Assembly (NCBI GenBank): GCA_965214705.1 | Contig: CBDCCI010000002.1 | Span: forward strand, 896,001 to 960,000 | From: Alphaproteobacteria bacterium | GTDB lineage: Bacteria > Pseudomonadota > Alphaproteobacteria > UBA828 | DNA: 64,000 nucleotides | Direction: 5' to 3' | Shown here: positions 38,993-48,936 of the stretch, piece after piece | Layout: the number at the start of each line of letters is the position of its first letter | How positions within the stretch are numbered: the stretch's first letter is position 1 | Program-made: the position numbers and the translations under genes | Notes under the pieces: model-generated | The model's database searches: none | What the model saw: only the letters and a program-made list of their open reading frames with translations | Told to the model about the DNA's origin: nothing

Positions 38993-39853
38993 TCACGCGC
39001 ACAGGAAGAGGCGGCCGACCTCGGGGTCTTCGAGCAGGGCGTCGCCGGGGCCGGCCATGGCAAGCCGGCCGGAGACGAGGACGTAGCCGATATCGGCGAA
39101 CTCCAGCCCCTTCTTGGCGTTCTGCTCGACCATCACGATGGTCTTGCCGTCGCGGCGCTGCAGGTCCTCCAGAATCTCGAACACCTGATCGATGAAGCGG
39201 GGCTCGAGCCCGATGGAGGGCTCGTCCACCAGTAGCACCTTGGGCTCCATGATGAGCGCGCGCGAGATTTCCAGCAGGCGGCGCTCGCCGCCGGAGAGCA
39301 CGCCGGCCCTGCGGTGACGGCGCTGGGCCAGCCTCTCGTAGCGGTCGAACACACGCTCGGCCGCCTGTTTTGCCGCACCGCGCCGGTGGAGCAGGAAGCC
39401 CCCCATCAGCAGGTTCTCCTCCACCGTCATGTTGGGGAAGACGGAGTTGTCCTGCAGCACGTAAGCGACGCCGGCGTCGGCGAGGCGACGGCTGGAGGCG
39501 AGGCGGGTGACGTCCTTCAAGCCCACCTGGATGCTGCCGGCCATCACGTCGGAGAAGCCGAAGATGGCATGGAGCACGGTGGACTTGCCGGCGCCGTTGG
39601 GTCCGATGAGGCAGAGCGACTGGCCCCGGCCGGCCACGAGGTCGATGCCGTGGAGGATCTCCATGCGGCCGTAGCCCGCGCTCAGGCCCCGGATGTCGAC
39701 GGCGGGCTCGCCCTGGCAGAGCGCCTCCAGGTCATCCCGCGATGGCCCTTCGCCCGCGAGCTCGCGCGCGACCTCCTCCACGGCGTCCACCGAGAGCGCG
39801 GTCTCGAAGTCCATCGGCACGTCGGTGCCGGTGCCGGGCGGCGTCGCGGCCAT
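38993..39853 (-). CDS. Branched-chain amino acid-type ABC transporter ATPase (LivF-like)
   Basis: GPNGAGKST, LSGGE, LLVDEPS. Confidence 0.93.
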   Translation of the reverse strand: MAATPPGTGTDVPMDFETALSVDAVEEVARELAGEGPSRDDLEALCQGEPAVDIRGLSAGYGRMEILHGIDLVAGRGQSLCLIGPNGAGKSTVLHAIFGFSDVMAGSIQVGLKDVTRLASSRRLADAGVAYVLQDNSVFPNMTVEENLLMGGFLLHRRGAAKQAAERVFDRYERLAQRRHRRAGVLSGGERRLLEISRALIMEPKVLLVDEPSIGLEPRFIDQVFEILEDLQRRDGKTIVMVEQNAKKGLEFADIGYVLVSGRLAMAGPGDALLEDPEVGRLFLCA

Positions 39854-40596
39854 CAGCGCGCCCCCAGGTAGGCGTCGATCACGCGCTGATCGTTGCGCAG
39901 CGCCTCGGGCGGACCGCTGGCGAGCAGCCGGCCGTGGGCCAGGCAGTGGATGTGCTCGGCCAGGCTCATGATGACGCGCATGTTGTGCTCGATGACGAAG
40001 AGCGTGACGCCGAACTCCCGGTTGGCGCGCTGCAGCCGCTCGATCACGCCGTTGATCAGCGTCGGGTTGATGCCGGCCGTCGGCTCGTCCAGCAGCAGCA
40101 TGCGCGGGCGCACCATCAGCGCCATCGCGAGCTCCAGCAGCTTGCGCTGGCCGAAGGAGAGCTCGCCCGCCATCAGGTGGCGCTTGCCGTAAAGGCCGCA
40201 GAAGGCGAGCAGCGCCTCCGCCCGCTCGCGGGTCTCGGCGGAGACCGGCCGCATCAGCCGGAACAGCCCGTGCCCCGCCTCGACATCGCTGATTGCCATG
40301 TTCTGCAGGCCGGTCATCCGCACGAAGACATGGGTCTGCTGGAAGGTGCGGATCAGCCCGAGGCGCGCGATCTCGGCCGTGCGCAGGCGCGTGATCTCGC
40401 GCCCCTCGAAGCGGATCGAGCCGCCGTCCACCGGGTGATAGCCGACGATCGAGTTGAATAGCGTCGACTTGCCCGAGCCGTTCGGCCCGATCAGGCCGAT
40501 CACTCGACCCTCCGGCACCTCCAGCGAGATATCCTCGTTGGCGGTGATGCCGCCGAAATGCTTGGTGGCGCCCTGGATCGTGAGCTGCGCGCTCAT
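39853..40596 (-). CDS. ABC transporter ATPase (LivG-like)
   Basis: GPNGSGKST, LSFGQ, LLDEPTAG, VIDAYLG. Confidence 0.93.
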   Translation of the reverse strand: MSAQLTIQGATKHFGGITANEDISLEVPEGRVIGLIGPNGSGKSTLFNSIVGYHPVDGGSIRFEGREITRLRTAEIARLGLIRTFQQTHVFVRMTGLQNMAISDVEAGHGLFRLMRPVSAETRERAEALLAFCGLYGKRHLMAGELSFGQRKLLELAMALMVRPRMLLLDEPTAGINPTLINGVIERLQRANREFGVTLFVIEHNMRVIMSLAEHIHCLAHGRLLASGPPEALRNDQRVIDAYLGAR

Positions 40597-41567
40597 GCCC
40601 GCTCGCTCCCCTGCTCGCGGGGCTCGTGGCGCTCGGGCCAGCGGGTCCGCGCCCAGCCGAGGATGCCTTGCGGGAAGAACACCACGATGGCGACGATGAT
40701 CACGCCGAGCGCCACGCGCTGCCAGCCGAGCAGGTGGGTCCAGAGCAGTTCCTGGGTGATGTGGAAGATGACGGCGCCGAGCACCGGGCCCCAGAGCGTG
40801 CCTTTGCCGCCCAGGATCGCCATCAGCACCATCCAGACGCCGAAGGTGGCGCCGGCGAAGGCGGTATCGCGCGGGTCGACGAAGCCCAGCATGTTGCCCA
40901 TGGCGCCGCCCACGAGCCCCAGCACGAAGGCCGCCATGGTCCAGGCCGTGACCTTGTAGACCCCCGTGTGGAGCCCCATGGCCTCGGCCTTGTCCTCGTT
41001 GTCGCGGATGGCGTTGAGGGCAAGCGCGAAGCGGGTGCGATAGAGCATGGCGAGCGCCGCGAAGACGAGCGCCGCGAGGCCGAAGTAGAGATAGGCGAAG
41101 AAGAGGTTTGCGGTTGCCGGCGGTGCCGGGAAGAGTGGTGGCGAGAGCCCGGAGCCCGCGCCCAGGTAGTCCCATCCGCCCGCGATCTCGCCGGCCGCGA
41201 TGCCGCGCCCGAGCGTCGCGATGGCGAAGTAGTGGCCCCGCATGCGCAGAATCATCGAGCCCAGCAGCACGGCAAGCGCGGCGGCGATCCCCGCGCCTAC
41301 CACCATGCCGAGCACGAGGCCGGGGAAGTAGTCGAGCCCCACGTCCCGCTGCACGACGACCGAGGCGTACATGCCGACGCCGAAGAAGAGGATGTTGCCG
41401 AAGCTGTTGTAGCCGGTCTGGCCGCCGGTGATGTCCCAGGTCTGGGCCATGATGACGAGCGCCCAGAGCATCGCGATCTGCGCCCGGTAGTCGGGGATCA
41501 CGAAGGGGAGCGCCACACCCGCAGCGGCGACGGCCAGCATGAGCAGCGGCTGGCGGCGGAGCGTCAC
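40593..41567 (-). CDS. ABC transporter permease (LivM-like)
   Basis: GQTGYNSFG, AIRDNEDKAEAMG, ILGGKGTLWGP. Confidence 0.9.
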   Translation of the reverse strand: MTLRRQPLLMLAVAAAGVALPFVIPDYRAQIAMLWALVIMAQTWDITGGQTGYNSFGNILFFGVGMYASVVVQRDVGLDYFPGLVLGMVVGAGIAAALAVLLGSMILRMRGHYFAIATLGRGIAAGEIAGGWDYLGAGSGLSPPLFPAPPATANLFFAYLYFGLAALVFAALAMLYRTRFALALNAIRDNEDKAEAMGLHTGVYKVTAWTMAAFVLGLVGGAMGNMLGFVDPRDTAFAGATFGVWMVLMAILGGKGTLWGPVLGAVIFHITQELLWTHLLGWQRVALGVIIVAIVVFFPQGILGWARTRWPERHEPREQGSERA

Positions 41568-42466
41568 TTGAGGAACTGCCTGCGCCGTTGCAGCAAGGAA
41601 CTGCGGATGACGAGGATCACCACCAGCAGGATGAAGACGAAGGCCACCTGGTACTGCACGCCCAGGATGAAGCCGGCGAAGTTCTCCGCCGCGCCGAGGC
41701 CGAGGCCCGCCACAATCACGCCCGGCAGATTGCCGAGCCCTGCCACGATCACGATCATGAAGGAGCGCACGGTGTAAGGCAGCCCGATGTAGGGGTGCAC
41801 CGAGTAAGCCATCACCACCAGCGCGCCGGCGGCGCCGCAGAGCGCGGCGTTGATGCCGTAAGTGGCGGCGAAGACGCGGTTGGTGTCGATGCCGAGAATG
41901 CGGGCGGCGCGAGGGTTCTGCGCAGTGGCCCGGATTGCCTGGCCGATCCGGCTCTTCTTGAGGAAGAGGATCAGCACGCCACCGATGACGATAGCGCCGC
42001 CGCAGGCTGCGGCCTTCATCTGCGAGACCGTCACCGTGTAGTCGAGCAGGAACCACGTGCCGAGGCCCGACTGGGCCGTCCTGACGTCGCCGCCCCAGAT
42101 CTGGTTCATCAGCTGCTGCAGCAGGATGGAGAGCCCGAACGTGGCGAGCAGCGAGATGAACATGTCGCGGTCCGCCACGCGCCGGATCACGCCGTAGTAA
42201 AGACCGGTGCCGATGACGTAGAGCACGATTGCCGCCACGGGAATGCCCCAGAGCGGGCTCACGCCCCAGAGCGTGAGCTGGTAGGCGATGAAGCCGCCCA
42301 GCATCACCAACTCGCCCTGGACGACGTTGATGACGTTCATCACGCCCCAGACCAGCGCCATGCCGTAGGCGGCGACGGCGAAGATGGCGCCGATCATCAG
42401 CCCGTCCAGCAACAGTTGGAGGATGAGGAACGGCGCGTCCCCCAGGAGTGCGACGTTTGCTGCCAT
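41564..42466 (-). CDS. ABC transporter permease (LivH-like)
   Basis: GMALVWGVMNVIN, GQAIRATAQN, VAGLGNLPG. Confidence 0.92.
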   Translation of the reverse strand: MAANVALLGDAPFLILQLLLDGLMIGAIFAVAAYGMALVWGVMNVINVVQGELVMLGGFIAYQLTLWGVSPLWGIPVAAIVLYVIGTGLYYGVIRRVADRDMFISLLATFGLSILLQQLMNQIWGGDVRTAQSGLGTWFLLDYTVTVSQMKAAACGGAIVIGGVLILFLKKSRIGQAIRATAQNPRAARILGIDTNRVFAATYGINAALCGAAGALVVMAYSVHPYIGLPYTVRSFMIVIVAGLGNLPGVIVAGLGLGAAENFAGFILGVQYQVAFVFILLVVILVIRSSLLQRRRQFLK

Positions 42467-42549
42467 GTCTATCCGGCCGGGGTGGGTCTAACGGCCGTGA
42501 GAGCTAGCGGATCAGGCCTCCGCACACCAGAGATGCGTGCGGGCTGCGC

Positions 42550-43788
42550 TTACCGCTCGGCCCACGGCGGCGTCGGATGACGGACCTCCGAGGCAGCCCA
42601 CCTGGTCGGCGCGACCACGATATAGGCGCCGTCCTGAATCTGGTAGAGCACCATGGGCTTCGCGATGTTCTTGCCGGTCTCGTCGAACTTGATGTTGCCA
42701 TAGAAGGTCTGCATCTCTGTCCCGGCGAGCGCGTCGCGCACCGCGTCCTTGTCGAAGCCGCCGGCGCGCTCGAAGGCGTCCGCGAAGACAATCACCGCGG
42801 CAGAGGATTCCGCGGCCTGATAAGGCGGCGCGTAGCCGTATTCGGCCTCGAAGGTCGCGGCATAATCGCCCGCCGAGCCGAAGACATCGTCGCGGTAGGA
42901 GAGCGTCGGCGCCCACTGGCTCGCACAAAGCGTGTACTCGGACGCTGCGCCGAACTTGCCGATCACGTCGGCGCTGTCGCAGTGGGTGATCGCCAGCATC
43001 GGCACGTCGACCCGCATCTCCTCCACCTGCCGGATGGCGAGCGCCGCGCCCTTCGAGTGGCCCGAGACCACGAGGATGTCGGGCTTTAGCGCCTTCGTCT
43101 TGGCGAGCGTCGCCGCCATGTCGTTGAGCTCGGGCGGCAATTGATCGTCGATCACGACCTGGATGCCGAGCCCCGCCGCATCGGCGAGCACGCCCGCACG
43201 GATGTCCTGGCTGAAGGGGTCGTTCTCGAAGGCGCCTGCGAGCTTCAGCGTGGCCGGGTCGCGCCCCTCGCGCTCAGCAAGCTCGGCCGCCAGCGCGACC
43301 GCACTCGCGAGGTACTGCTCGGTGGTGGAGAGCACCGCGAACAGGTAGCGGTAGCCCTTGTTGAAGAGCTGGAGCGAGGCGCCGTTGGCCTCCACCATGG
43401 GCACACCGTACTGCTCGGTGACCGGCGCGATGGCCTTGGTGAGCCCGGAGCTGTAGGGGCCCAGCATGAACTCAACGCCGTCCTGATTGATCAGCCGCTC
43501 GGCGAGTTGCGCGCCGCGTGCGGGCGTCGATTCGTCGTCGTAGTAGATGACCTCCAGGCGGTAGGTCTGGTCGCCCACAGTGATGCCACCGGCGTCGTTG
43601 ATGGTCTTGACGGCCAGGTCGTAGCCCCGCTGGGTGTGCTCGCCGGCGGTGGTGTACTTCCCTGTCAGCGACACGGCGGCGCCGAGGTAGACGGTGTCGC
43701 CTTCCACCTTCGCCAGTGCCTCACCCGCGGCGAGAACGCTCAGGCCGAGCGCTGCAATGCCGGCGATGCCGGCCCATGCCTTCACCAT
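42550..43788 (-). CDS. ABC transporter substrate-binding protein (LivK-like)
   Basis: Signal peptide, GAAVSLTG, INDAGG, YYDDES, LGPYSS. Confidence 0.92.
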   Translation of the reverse strand: MVKAWAGIAGIAALGLSVLAAGEALAKVEGDTVYLGAAVSLTGKYTTAGEHTQRGYDLAVKTINDAGGITVGDQTYRLEVIYYDDESTPARGAQLAERLINQDGVEFMLGPYSSGLTKAIAPVTEQYGVPMVEANGASLQLFNKGYRYLFAVLSTTEQYLASAVALAAELAEREGRDPATLKLAGAFENDPFSQDIRAGVLADAAGLGIQVVIDDQLPPELNDMAATLAKTKALKPDILVVSGHSKGAALAIRQVEEMRVDVPMLAITHCDSADVIGKFGAASEYTLCASQWAPTLSYRDDVFGSAGDYAATFEAEYGYAPPYQAAESSAAVIVFADAFERAGGFDKDAVRDALAGTEMQTFYGNIKFDETGKNIAKPMVLYQIQDGAYIVVAPTRWAASEVRHPTPPWAER

Positions 43789-43874
43789 GACGACCCTCCA
43801 ATTGAGACTGCCGCCGCTTTCGTCAATCGTGGCGAAGGCCGGCGACGCTGTCCACCGTGTGCAGGAATGCCCAA

Positions 43875-44678
43875 TCAGAATTCGTGACGCACGGAGAGAC
43901 GAAGTCCGTGGCTTCGCAAATGGGCCTCGCTCGCGGCCTGATCGAGCAGGAGCGGCTCCCTGCTCCCGTCGCGCCACAAAACCCGGCCGCCGCCCGTGGC
44001 GGTCTCGGCGGCACTGAGGTCGCTATACCTCCACGCCAGGTCCAGCGTCGTGCTCTCGCTCAGCGCCGTCGCGACGCCCGCCGTCACCATCCAGGCGAAA
44101 CCCGACCGGCGCACACCCGGCACGATCGTCGTCGTCGCCGGGAACATCATTCGCGTCTCGCCTGCCCGGACCCGGGCGGCACCGACGCCGGCTCCCACGA
44201 AGGGGGCGAACGGTCCGAGCGTCGGCAAGCCCAGCGCCGGGAGGTCTGCGTAGGCGGCAACCATCCCCGACACGACGGAGAGGTCGACCGAGACAGACTG
44301 CCGCAACTCGGAGTCCAGATAGTTGGCTCGTCCGCTGAAGGTGAGGCTTGGGCGGTATTCGATCAGAGCCTCGATTCTCAGAGCTGAAGCGACGGCGGCG
44401 CCGATCCCGACTTCGAGGGCGGCCACCGTGCCGAAATTCCCCACCGAACGATACGGTGCTCCGTCGGGGGCCGGGCCGCAGCCGTACAGCGGGACCGGCG
44501 CCTCGATCTCGCAGTTCTTGTCGCGGAACACGGTCTCTGTCGGGCGCTCGAATCCGATCCCCGCTCGCAGATAGAGGTCCTCGGCCGCTGCGGTTTTCGC
44601 GCTCACCGCCGCCGCAAGCACAACCAAAGCGGCAGCGAGGCAGTGCCGGGCGCTCTGCCCTCTTCTCGGTTGCGGCAT
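43875..44678 (-). CDS. Outer-membrane beta-barrel protein (opacity/OmpA-like)
   Basis: Signal peptide, YLRAGIG, PFVGAGVG, LDLAWRY, C-terminal Phe. Confidence 0.8.
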   Translation of the reverse strand: MPQPRRGQSARHCLAAALVVLAAAVSAKTAAAEDLYLRAGIGFERPTETVFRDKNCEIEAPVPLYGCGPAPDGAPYRSVGNFGTVAALEVGIGAAVASALRIEALIEYRPSLTFSGRANYLDSELRQSVSVDLSVVSGMVAAYADLPALGLPTLGPFAPFVGAGVGAARVRAGETRMMFPATTTIVPGVRRSGFAWMVTAGVATALSESTTLDLAWRYSDLSAAETATGGGRVLWRDGSREPLLLDQAASEAHLRSHGLRLSVRHEF

Positions 44679-44716
44679 GTTGGAGGCGGGATGGCGCGAC
44701 CCGGTCGGGCCTCTCC

Positions 44717-45862
44717 CTACCATTGCGGCCGTGCCTCGATCGGCCAAATGTCCACCAGCGTGTCGCCGCGCACGCAGTGGTAGACGTCGTAGAGCAGGAG
44801 CGTCTGGTAGCAGTGCGGCGCCATGCATTCCAGCGCGTCGCCAACCTGCGGCAGGCTCTCGCCCTCCGGCACGGTGAGGCGGCCCATGTCGTCGCCGACC
44901 AGCTCGTAGAGGGAGTCCGGGTGCGCGCCCTGGGCGACGCGGGGCGGGAACTCCTCGCGCTGTAGCTCCTTGATCCCGGCGTCGGTGACGGCGAACTCGT
45001 CCCGCGCGCTGATCACCGTGGTGCGGACGAAGAGCGAGGTCTCGAAGGGATGCGGGTTATCGGGCTCGAAGGGGGTATCGGCGTAGTTCACGTCCATGAA
45101 GATGTAGCTTCCGGCCTGGCACTCGGTGAAGAGACCATTGGCCGCATCAATGGCATAGGTGCCGGTACCGCCGCCGGAGACGATCTCCGGCGCCAGGCCG
45201 GCCTCCGTGAGGCGTCCGCAAAGCTCGGCCAGCGGCGCGGTGCAGCGCTCCTGCTCGGCGCGGCGGGCGTCAAGGTCGGGCTCGCGCTGGAAGGAGCCGT
45301 TGTAGCCCTGCACGCCCGCGTAGACCGCGCCCTCGGTCTCGGCGATGTGGCGTGCGAGCGCCAACGCATCGTCCACCGCGACGAGGCCGGTGCGCCGGCC
45401 ACCCACCTCGAAGTCCACCAGCATGCGGAGCGGCTTGCCGGCTTCCAAAGCGGCCGCGACCAGCCGGTCCACCACTGCGGCATCGTCCACGGCGACGAGC
45501 AGTCCTTCGGCACGGGCGTTGAGCCGGGCGAGGCGGGCGATCTTGGGCTCGGTCACGACCTGGGAGAAGAGCAGCACACCCGGAATCCCGGCATCGGCCA
45601 TGATCTCGGCCTCGGCCAGCGTCGCGCAGCACTGGCCGAGCGCGCCGGCCTCGATCTGGCGCCTGGCGACCTCCACCGACTTGTGGATTTTGGCGACGGG
45701 CCGGACCCCGTGGCCGGCCTTGCCCAGGTAGTCGGCAAGATAGGCGATGTTGCGCTCCAGCCGGTCGAGATCGAGCACCAGCGCCGGCGTCGACAGCGCC
45801 GTGCGCGAGCCCTGCTGGCCGATGAGCGGTTCGTTGGGGCCGAGCTTTCCGATAGCGCCCAT
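44717..45862 (-). CDS. PLP-dependent D-threonine aldolase / DSD1-family enzyme
   Basis: TPALVLDLD, RPVAKIHKS, SGGGTGT, ECQAGSYIFMD. Confidence 0.88.
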   Translation of the reverse strand: MGAIGKLGPNEPLIGQQGSRTALSTPALVLDLDRLERNIAYLADYLGKAGHGVRPVAKIHKSVEVARRQIEAGALGQCCATLAEAEIMADAGIPGVLLFSQVVTEPKIARLARLNARAEGLLVAVDDAAVVDRLVAAALEAGKPLRMLVDFEVGGRRTGLVAVDDALALARHIAETEGAVYAGVQGYNGSFQREPDLDARRAEQERCTAPLAELCGRLTEAGLAPEIVSGGGTGTYAIDAANGLFTECQAGSYIFMDVNYADTPFEPDNPHPFETSLFVRTTVISARDEFAVTDAGIKELQREEFPPRVAQGAHPDSLYELVGDDMGRLTVPEGESLPQVGDALECMAPHCYQTLLLYDVYHCVRGDTLVDIWPIEARPQW

Positions 45863-45951
45863 GACTCTTCCTCGTTCTCAGTTGGCTGACACTCGCCCCA
45901 GCGCGGAGCGAGCATAGCGATTGTTAAGGTTTCGTCAGACGAATTCCCGGC

Positions 45952-45981
45952 TTGACGAGCCGATGCCCGGACCCATATCGT
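45952..45981 (+). promoter_or_regulatory. Sigma70-like promoter upstream of the NYN leader
   Basis: TTGACG (45952-45957), 18-nt spacer, TATCGT (45976-45981). Confidence 0.55.
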
Positions 45982-46033
45982 AGCGACCTTCTATGGACCC
46001 CATCGTTCCCTTGGGCACGGTGGGTATTGAATG

Positions 46034-46059
46034 GGGCCGGCACAAGCCGGCCCTTTTTT
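46034..46059 (+). terminator. Intrinsic terminator 13 nt upstream of the NYN start codon
   Basis: Perfect 8-bp stem GGGCCGGC-ACAA-GCCGGCCC followed by T6. Confidence 0.8.
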
Positions 46060-46072
46060 CCAAGGGGCGTCG

Positions 46073-46633
46073 ATGTCAGTTACGGCGGTCTTCATCGACG
46101 GCGGTTACCTCGACAAGGTCCTGTACCACGATCACGGCAACCAGCGTATCGACTACGCCCGTCTCGTCGACGCCATGACGGGAGAAGGCGAACTGTTGCG
46201 CGCCTACTACTACCATTGCCTGCCGTATCAAGGGAGCCCGCCCACCGAGGAAGAGAAGCGTCGCTACGCGGCCAAACACCGCTTCATCACCGCTCTCCTT
46301 CATCTGCCTCGGTTCGACGTGCGGTTGGGCAAACTCGCGTACAGAGGGCAGGACGAACGTGGCAGGCCGATCTTTCAACAAAAGCGGGTCGATCTCATGC
46401 TCGGGGTCGATATGGCTCTCCTCGCCGGCAAGGGCCGCATTGCTAGGGTTGCGTTGCTAGCTGGAGACAGCGATTTCACGCCGGCGATCGAAGCCGTCAA
46501 ACGCGAAGGGGTTCTCACCACTCTCTGGCATGGCAGTCGTTCCGATCAGACGGCGCCCAGCCGCGAGCTGTTGGAGATATGCGATGAACGCCACGAGCTT
46601 ACTGCCGAGCTCATTGGATCGATACGGCGTTGA
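46073..46633 (+). CDS. NYN (PIN-fold, LabA/DUF88) domain nuclease
   Basis: VFIDGGYL, RAYYY, QQKRVDLMLGVDM, LAGDSDF, with acidic catalytic residues intact. Confidence 0.92.
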   Translation: MSVTAVFIDGGYLDKVLYHDHGNQRIDYARLVDAMTGEGELLRAYYYHCLPYQGSPPTEEEKRRYAAKHRFITALLHLPRFDVRLGKLAYRGQDERGRPIFQQKRVDLMLGVDMALLAGKGRIARVALLAGDSDFTPAIEAVKREGVLTTLWHGSRSDQTAPSRELLEICDERHELTAELIGSIRR

Positions 46634-46706
46634 ACTTACGTGCGGCACTGAGCGTCACCTCTAGTGCGGCCGGGCGCCGAACAATAGAGGCAGCCAGCTA
46701 GGGAGA

Positions 46707-47249
46707 ATGGACATGGCGGACGGAAAACGTGGCCCGACGGCTCCGGCGGAGGGACCGGCGCGGGCGCTCGATCACGTCGGCATTTCGGTGCCTGATATCG
46801 ACGCGGCCGTCGCTTGGTATCGCGACATCCTTGGCTGCTACGTGCTGATGGAGCCCGTGGAGGGCTACGCCGACGGCAGCTATTTCGGGCAGATCGTCGC
46901 CGACATCTACGGTGCGGACTTTCAGGGGATGAAAATCGCCCACCTGGCGACGGCCGACGGGGTCGGCATCGAGCTCTTCCAGTTTGTCGCCAACGAGCGG
47001 CAGGAGAACAACTTCGCCTACTGGAAGGACGGCATCTATCACATTTGCATCCTCGACCCCGACATCGAGGGCCTGGTGAAACGGATCGACGAAAGCGGCG
47101 GGCGCCAGCGCAGCAAGGTCTGGAAGCTCTGGCCCGACAAGCCCTACAGGATCTGCTATTGCGAAGACCCTTGGGGCACCATCATCGAGGTCAGCTCCCA
47201 CCCCTACGTCATGGCCTGGTCCAACTTCATCCCGCGGCACGGGGACTGA
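46707..47249 (+). CDS. VOC / glyoxalase family protein
   Basis: DHVGISVPDIDAAVAWY, GIELFQF, EDPWGTIIE. Confidence 0.9.
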   Translation: MDMADGKRGPTAPAEGPARALDHVGISVPDIDAAVAWYRDILGCYVLMEPVEGYADGSYFGQIVADIYGADFQGMKIAHLATADGVGIELFQFVANERQENNFAYWKDGIYHICILDPDIEGLVKRIDESGGRQRSKVWKLWPDKPYRICYCEDPWGTIIEVSSHPYVMAWSNFIPRHGD

Positions 47250-47268
47250 CCGACTGGTCCCGGCCTCG

Positions 47269-48462
47269 GTGGCGGCCAAGCACCGTGGCCAGCAGACGAT
47301 GACGGTCTCTCGACTGCGCGACATCCCCGGCATCGGCGTCGACCGCATGGGCGATGCGGCGGACGCCGCGCGCGATCCCGACATGCTTCGGCTGGAGAAC
47401 CTGGATACCGACATCCCGCCGCCCCAGGCCGCCATAGAGGCCACCCGCGCTGCTGCAGCCCGCGACGACGCCAACAGCTACCTGCCCTTCCTGGGCACGG
47501 ACGAACTCAGGCAAGCGGTGGTGGCGCGGCTCGAGGCTGACACGGGCATCGCCTACGACTGGCGGGCGCAGTGCGTGATCTCGGCGGGCGGGCTTTCCGG
47601 CATCCTCAACGCACTCCTCGCCATGCTGGAGCCCGGTGACGAGGTCATCATCAGCGACCCGGCTTACGCGGGCCTCATCAACCGCATCCGCCTCGCCGGC
47701 GGGGTGACCCGCCTGGTGCCGCTCAGAGTGGTGGAGGGCGGCTGGCGGCTCGATCTGGAGGCGCTGGCCGAGGCCGTGAGCGCAAAGACCAGGGTCGTGC
47801 TGACCATGAGCCCGTCGATGCCGAGCGGCATCGTCCACACGGCCGAAGAGTGGCAGGCGATCGCCGCTGTCGTGCAGCAGACCGGCGCCTGGCTCCTGCA
47901 CGACGCGGCGATGGAGCGGCTTCTGTTCGGCTCGGCGCCGGCCCTGCACCCGGCCCGGCTACCGGCGCTTGCCGAGAGGACCGTGACAGTCGGCAGCGTC
48001 TCCAAGGAATACCGGATGATCGGCTGGCGCGTGGGTTGGATCGCAGGCCCCGAAGAGATCATGCGGGACATCGGGCTGGTCGGCCTGACCAACGTGGTCT
48101 GCCAGGTCGGCATCGCCATGCCGGGGGCCGCGGCGGCGCTCACTGCGGACGACGACGGCATCGCCGCAGCGGTTGCCGAATTGCAGGCGAGGCGGGACGT
48201 CATTCTCAAGGAGCTGTCGGACCTGCCCGTGGTCCGGCCGGACGGCGGCTGGTCGCTCCTGATCGACACGGTGGCCCTTGGCATGAGCCCTGCCGACGCG
48301 TCGCAACGCCTGTTCGAGACGGGCAAGATCGCCGCGACCCCGATGACCGGCTGGGGTAGCGAGGAGATTGCCGGCCGCTACCTGCGCTTCGTCTTCGCCA
48401 ACGAGCCGTGCGAACGCCTCATCGGCCTGCGTGAGCGTGTTCGCACCGCGTGGTCGCTCTGA
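47269..48462 (+). CDS. Class I/II PLP-dependent aminotransferase
   Basis: PSMPSG, HDAAME, SVSKEYRMIGWRVGW. Start may lie about 10 codons downstream. Confidence 0.9.
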   Translation: MAAKHRGQQTMTVSRLRDIPGIGVDRMGDAADAARDPDMLRLENLDTDIPPPQAAIEATRAAAARDDANSYLPFLGTDELRQAVVARLEADTGIAYDWRAQCVISAGGLSGILNALLAMLEPGDEVIISDPAYAGLINRIRLAGGVTRLVPLRVVEGGWRLDLEALAEAVSAKTRVVLTMSPSMPSGIVHTAEEWQAIAAVVQQTGAWLLHDAAMERLLFGSAPALHPARLPALAERTVTVGSVSKEYRMIGWRVGWIAGPEEIMRDIGLVGLTNVVCQVGIAMPGAAAALTADDDGIAAAVAELQARRDVILKELSDLPVVRPDGGWSLLIDTVALGMSPADASQRLFETGKIAATPMTGWGSEEIAGRYLRFVFANEPCERLIGLRERVRTAWSL

Positions 48463-48584
48463 GGCGAGAGCCACTCACCGCCTCCGGCCCGCACGCATAA
48501 CGGACTCGCACCCGCTAGTCCCTGCGATATACTCCGCCCCCGGATTCTGCCTCCCGCCCCGCAATCACCGAGACGCGCCCGGCG

Positions 48585-48866
48585 ATGAACGCGTTGGCCG
48601 ACCTCATCCACGCCGTCTTCTCGATCTACATCTATCTGCTGATCGCATCGGCGGTGTTCAGCTGGCTGGTGGTGTTCAACGTCATCAACACGAGCAACCG
48701 CTTCGTGTTCACGCTGCTGAGCTTCCTCCACCGCATCACCGAGCCGCCGCTCCGGCCAATCCGGCGCATCATTCCCAACCTTGGCGGCATCGACATATCG
48801 CCGGTCATTTTGATTCTGATCCTCTACTTCCTCCGCGATCTCATTGTGAGCAATATCGTTCCATGA
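48585..48866 (+). CDS. yggT: YggT family membrane protein
   Basis: SWLVVFNVIN, RITEPPLRPIRR, GGIDISP. Confidence 0.92.
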   Translation: MNALADLIHAVFSIYIYLLIASAVFSWLVVFNVINTSNRFVFTLLSFLHRITEPPLRPIRRIIPNLGGIDISPVILILILYFLRDLIVSNIVP

Positions 48867-48936
48867 GTCGTCCGAGCCCGGCGCGCCCCTGCGCCTGCCG
48901 GGTCGGATAGCGTCCAGCCCCTGACGAGGAACACCC

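Noticed and set aside
41205-41207. Arg inside a LivM transmembrane motif (ATLGRGIA)
   Set aside because: A single-base difference from the expected Leu codon cannot be distinguished from a sequencing error or neutral variant.
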